Assembly (NCBI GenBank): GCA_041641295.1
Contig: JBEPYO010000001.1
Span: 640,001-704,000, forward strand
Length of the DNA stretch: 64,000 nucleotides
DNA from: Nitrososphaerota archaeon
Lineage (GTDB): Archaea; Thermoproteota; Nitrososphaeria_A; Caldarchaeales; Calditenuaceae
Direction of reading: 5' to 3'
The position numbers and the translations under genes were made by a program. The notes beneath the pieces were generated by a model. The model was not told the DNA's origin. It did not search any database and saw only the letters and a list, made by a program, of their open reading frames with translations. Of the stretch, positions 60,395 through 64,000 are shown one piece after another (the stretch's first letter is position 1; the number at the start of each line of letters is the position of its first letter).

Positions 60395-63049
60395 TTGAGC
60401 AGGGTTTATCTCTTCCACGAGGCCAAAGGTTTGACGCGGTTCGAGCTAGGAGGCAAGGGCTACGGCCTCGTTGAAATGACTGCTGCGGGTTTACCAGTAC
60501 CTCCGGGATTCACGATACTTACATCAGCGTGTAAGGAATACTACTCGAATGGAGGGAAGATTCCCAGCGGGCTGCTGGATGAGGTCCGCGAGAAGCTGAA
60601 GAAGCTGGAGGAGATGACTGGGAAGAGGTTTAACGACCCTGAGAGGCCTTTGCTCGTCTCTGTGAGATCTGGTGCACCCTACTCTATGCCCGGAATGATG
60701 GACACGATACTCAACCTCGGACTGAACGACAGGGTTGTGGAGGGGCTTGCGAAGCTGACGGGAGACCGCCGATTCGCATACGACGCTTACCGCCGATTCA
60801 TCCAGATGTTTGCAAGGATAGCTATGGGTGTTAAGGGCGAGCTATTCGAGCAGGCTCTAGAGAGAACGAAACACAGGCTGGGCGTGAAACACGACTATGA
60901 GATCCCAGCCTCAGAGCTTGAGAAGCTTGTGAGCGAGTTTAAGGAAATTGTGAGGAGGGAGACGGGGAGGGATTTCCCACAGGACCCCTGGGACCAGCTC
61001 GTCATGGCTATCGAGGCCGTCTTCAAGTCCTGGAATAATCCACGCGCAATAGAGTATAGACGCTACTATAAGATTCCGGACGACCTCGGCACTGCCGTCA
61101 ACGTACAGATGATGGTTTTCGGCAACATGGGCATGGACTCGGGCTCGGGCGTCGGATTCACTAGGAACCCATCGACTGGCGAGGCGAAGCTCTACGGCGA
61201 ATACCTCCCCAACTCTCAGGGTGAGGACGTAGTTGCGGGGATAAGGACCCCCATCCCAATTGACAAGGTTGATCCAGTAATCTATAAGCAGCTGGTCGAG
61301 ATTGCGGGGAAGCTTGAAAGATACTTCAAGGATATGCAGGATTTCGAGTTTACGGTGGAGCGCGGGAAGCTCTACATGCTCCAGACGAGGAATGGTAAGC
61401 GCACAGCCCAGGCGGCTGTGAAGATTGCTGTAGACATGGTGAGGGAGGGGCTCATAACCAAGGAGGAGGCGTTGTCCAGGATTGAGCCCAACGATCTAAA
61501 CCAGCTGCTACACCGCAGGCTTGACCCGAAGGCCAAGGTTGACCCGATAGCGAAGGGGCTGAATGCGTCCCCCGGAGTAGCCACTGGAAAGGTAATCTTC
61601 GACACGGACGAGGCCGCTGAACTCGGCGGGAAGGGTGAGAAGATAATACTCGTCAGGCCTGAGACGACGCCGGAGGACATTAAGGGTGTTATCGCTGCTC
61701 AGGGGGTTCTCACTAGCAGGGGCGGTATGACCAGTCATGCGGCTGTCGTCGCGAGGGGTATGGGGAAGCCCGCGGTTGTCGGCTGTGAGAGCATTAAGAT
61801 AAACATGGAGGAGGGCTACTTCGTAACAGATAAGGGAGTCCGCGTCAACAAGGGCGACATAATAACGATAGACGGAACCTCCGGCTACGTTATCCTCGGA
61901 GAGGCTCCGACAATCGAGCCTGAGCTGACAGAAGAGTTCAGGCTCCTGCTCTCATGGGCTAACGAGGTCAAGAGGCTGGGTGTTAGGGCTAACGCTGACA
62001 CACCTGAGGCGGCTGCAAAGGCTCGCGAATTCGGCGCTGAGGGTATTGGCCTCTGCAGGACGGAGAGGATGTTCAACGCTCCAGACAGGCTCCCGATTGT
62101 GAGGGAGATGATCATGGCTGAGACAGAAGAGGAGAGGAGGAGGGCACTTGAGAAGCTCTTCCCACTCCAGCTGGGCGACTTCATCGAGATATTCAAGATA
62201 ATGAAGGGCCTGCCAGTGACTGTTAGGCTCCTCGACCTCCCGCTCCACGAGTTCCTACCATCCGAAGCACAGCTACTCACAGAGATCTATGAGCTAAGGT
62301 CCAAGGGCGCGCCCCAGAAGGAGATAGACGAGAAGATGAAGATACTCCAGAAGGTCCGCCAGCTCCAAGAGCACAACCCCATGATCGGGCATAGGGGCTG
62401 CAGACTAGCCATAAGATACCCCGAGATATACGAGATGCAGGTCAGGGCGATACTCACAGCGGCGATAAAGGTGTTAAAGTCTGAGGGAGAGACTGTTCAT
62501 GTCCAGATAATGATTCCACTCGTCTCGGAGGCCTCTGAGCTAGCATACCTCAGGGAGATAATCGATAAGACGGCTGAGAAGGTCTTCCAGGAGCAGGGGA
62601 TCAGGATACCGTACAAGGTGGGCACCATGATAGAGACTCCGAGAGCCGCGCTGACAGCCGCAAAGATAGCTCAGGTGGCAGACTTCTTCTCATTCGGGAC
62701 AAACGACCTGACACAGACGACTTTCGGGTTTAGCAGGGATGACGTGGAGGCTAAGTTCATGGCTGATTATCTTGAGAAGAAGATATTGAAGGAGAATCCG
62801 TTCGAGGTGCTCGACACCGATGGTGTTGGAAGGCTTGTGAAGCTCGCGACAGAGGAGGGGAAGAGAGCTAATCCACACTTGGAGGTTGGAATCTGCGGCG
62901 AGCACGGCGGAGAGCCTAACAGCGTGAAATTCTTCCACTCGGCTGGGCTCGACTATGTAAGCTGCTCACCCTACAGGATACCAATAGCGCGGATAGCTGC
63001 AGCCCAGGCGGCGATAGCGGTAAAAGAGAAGGCGCCCATCACAATATAG
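60395..63049 (+). CDS. ppdK: pyruvate, phosphate dikinase
   Basis: LGGKG, SVRSGA...SMPGMMDT, QGEDVVAG, phospho-His GGMTSHAAVVARG, GLCRTE, SFGTNDLTQ, GICGEHGG. Confidence 0.97.
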   Translation: MSRVYLFHEAKGLTRFELGGKGYGLVEMTAAGLPVPPGFTILTSACKEYYSNGGKIPSGLLDEVREKLKKLEEMTGKRFNDPERPLLVSVRSGAPYSMPGMMDTILNLGLNDRVVEGLAKLTGDRRFAYDAYRRFIQMFARIAMGVKGELFEQALERTKHRLGVKHDYEIPASELEKLVSEFKEIVRRETGRDFPQDPWDQLVMAIEAVFKSWNNPRAIEYRRYYKIPDDLGTAVNVQMMVFGNMGMDSGSGVGFTRNPSTGEAKLYGEYLPNSQGEDVVAGIRTPIPIDKVDPVIYKQLVEIAGKLERYFKDMQDFEFTVERGKLYMLQTRNGKRTAQAAVKIAVDMVREGLITKEEALSRIEPNDLNQLLHRRLDPKAKVDPIAKGLNASPGVATGKVIFDTDEAAELGGKGEKIILVRPETTPEDIKGVIAAQGVLTSRGGMTSHAAVVARGMGKPAVVGCESIKINMEEGYFVTDKGVRVNKGDIITIDGTSGYVILGEAPTIEPELTEEFRLLLSWANEVKRLGVRANADTPEAAAKAREFGAEGIGLCRTERMFNAPDRLPIVREMIMAETEEERRRALEKLFPLQLGDFIEIFKIMKGLPVTVRLLDLPLHEFLPSEAQLLTEIYELRSKGAPQKEIDEKMKILQKVRQLQEHNPMIGHRGCRLAIRYPEIYEMQVRAILTAAIKVLKSEGETVHVQIMIPLVSEASELAYLREIIDKTAEKVFQEQGIRIPYKVGTMIETPRAALTAAKIAQVADFFSFGTNDLTQTTFGFSRDDVEAKFMADYLEKKILKENPFEVLDTDGVGRLVKLATEEGKRANPHLEVGICGEHGGEPNSVKFFHSAGLDYVSCSPYRIPIARIAAAQAAIAVKEKAPITI

Positions 63050-63190
63050 AAAATATTTCCGCTCCCACTAGTAGCTTTTCTAGAGTTTTACAGTTTATTA
63101 TAGCTAGGTGTGCAAGCTCAGAGTCTAGTGATGCGCCATGCCAGTTCCACTCTTAACGATGAGCATCGAAACCAAATAGGCGCAAACCCT

Positions 63191-63640
63191 TTAATCTAAA
63201 TTTTTTCCATCGCTCCTTTTTGCCCACATGCTGGCTATGTCGCTCTCACCGACTTTCTCTTCTCCAGTTATAAGATTGGGGCTCATATTGTTCTCTCTGC
63301 GTATAGCCCACTTCTCACCCCAGTCTCTAAGATACTCCAAGAGCGGTCTGAGGTCCATCGCTATCTCCGTCAACGAGTACCTTACGGTGAAGGGCTGGGT
63401 GCTCACAATTTCCCTAGACACTAGCCCTGTCTGTTGCAGCGATTTCAGCGTTCTTGAGAGGGTTTTTGAATTTATTCCGGGTACTGTCCTCAACAGCTCG
63501 TTAAAGCTTTTCGGACCATCTAGGAGGTAGCTGATAATTACGAGGGACCACATGCTCCTCAATAGTTTGGAGGCGGCTAGGACAGGGCAGATCCTCTCCC
63601 CGTCTTTTCTGAGAACCCACCCGCATCGCGGCTTAGCCAT
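63191..63640 (-). CDS. HxlR/DUF24-family winged-HTH regulator
   Basis: CPV, WSLVII, FNELLRTVPGINSKTLSRTLKSL, VRYSLTE, DWG. Start likely ATG at 63640. Confidence 0.9.
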   Translation of the reverse strand: MAKPRCGWVLRKDGERICPVLAASKLLRSMWSLVIISYLLDGPKSFNELLRTVPGINSKTLSRTLKSLQQTGLVSREIVSTQPFTVRYSLTEIAMDLRPLLEYLRDWGEKWAIRRENNMSPNLITGEEKVGESDIASMWAKRSDGKNLD

Positions 63641-63715
63641 CTGGTGGCATATATGCCGCCTACTATTTAAAATAATAGCATCTCGCCATCTAGTAGCGCT
63701 AGGTGAGTAGTAGGG

Positions 63716-64000
63716 ATGGTATTGCCCTATTTCCTCGCCCAATACGACGACGCCGCGCTACTGATAGTCAGGATAGCGCTGGGCTTCACGATGGTTGTCC
63801 ACGGATTCCCGAAGCTGGTCGGACCTGCGAGGCCTCATATGAGGTCTGGCATGGCCCAGTTGGGGATTCCGCCGCTCCTCTTCGACTTAGTCGGGCTACT
63901 GGAGCTTCTCGGAGGAATATTCCTGATAGCGGGATTCCTAACTAGGATAGTCGCAATACTCTTCGCCCTGCAGATGGTTGGCACAATAGCCCTCTACCTC
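63716..64000 (+). CDS. DoxX-family membrane protein (truncated by window end)
   Basis: Not in the ORF track. ATG at 63716 gives MVLPYFLAQYDDAALLIVRIALGFTMVVHGFPKL...ELLGGIFLIAGFLTR; GGTGA SD-like sequence upstream. Confidence 0.88.
   Translation, partial: MVLPYFLAQYDDAALLIVRIALGFTMVVHGFPKLVGPARPHMRSGMAQLGIPPLLFDLVGLLELLGGIFLIAGFLTRIVAILFALQMVGTIALYL

Noticed and set aside
63703-63945. 80-aa plus-strand ORF in the track
   Set aside because: Wrong frame; the real gene is the DoxX frame starting at 63716 and running off the window.

Overview
Compact archaeal chromosomal DNA (roughly 55% GC by eye), with many GTG/TTG starts, TATA boxes about 25 nt ahead of apparently leaderless genes, and overlapping gene ends. 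The archaeal rpoN-eno-rps2 order, LysW pathway, RPA, PriL and a Thaumarchaeota-like PDCD5 protein suggest a thermophilic, probably aerobic TACK archaeon such as Aigarchaeota/Caldarchaeales (inference). Most of the window is housekeeping or metabolic: a LysW-dependent Lys/Arg cluster, ABCE1, three ABC importers, LutBC with malate synthase, GH127, TpiA, GlyA, PpdK and tRNA-Val(GAC). I saw no CRISPR array, integrase or transposase. The best candidate for an undescribed system is the three-gene minus-strand operon at 41977-48638. It encodes (1) a 1581-aa protein with a catalytically degenerate, nicastrin/nicalin-like M28+PA ectodomain fused to a MacB/FtsX permease, (2) a Yip1-like membrane protein with a large insert, and (3) a tandem-repeat Cys/His protein; no ATPase gene is present. 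Other leads: a GCCTGT/ACAGGC motif shared by the argX operon and amino-acid ABC promoters, a CTG start on pduO, a START-domain/M50-like fusion with HDxxH, a LutBC/malate synthase divergon, and a secreted-protein plus membrane-HTH pair. All family calls come from motif recognition; no database searches were run.
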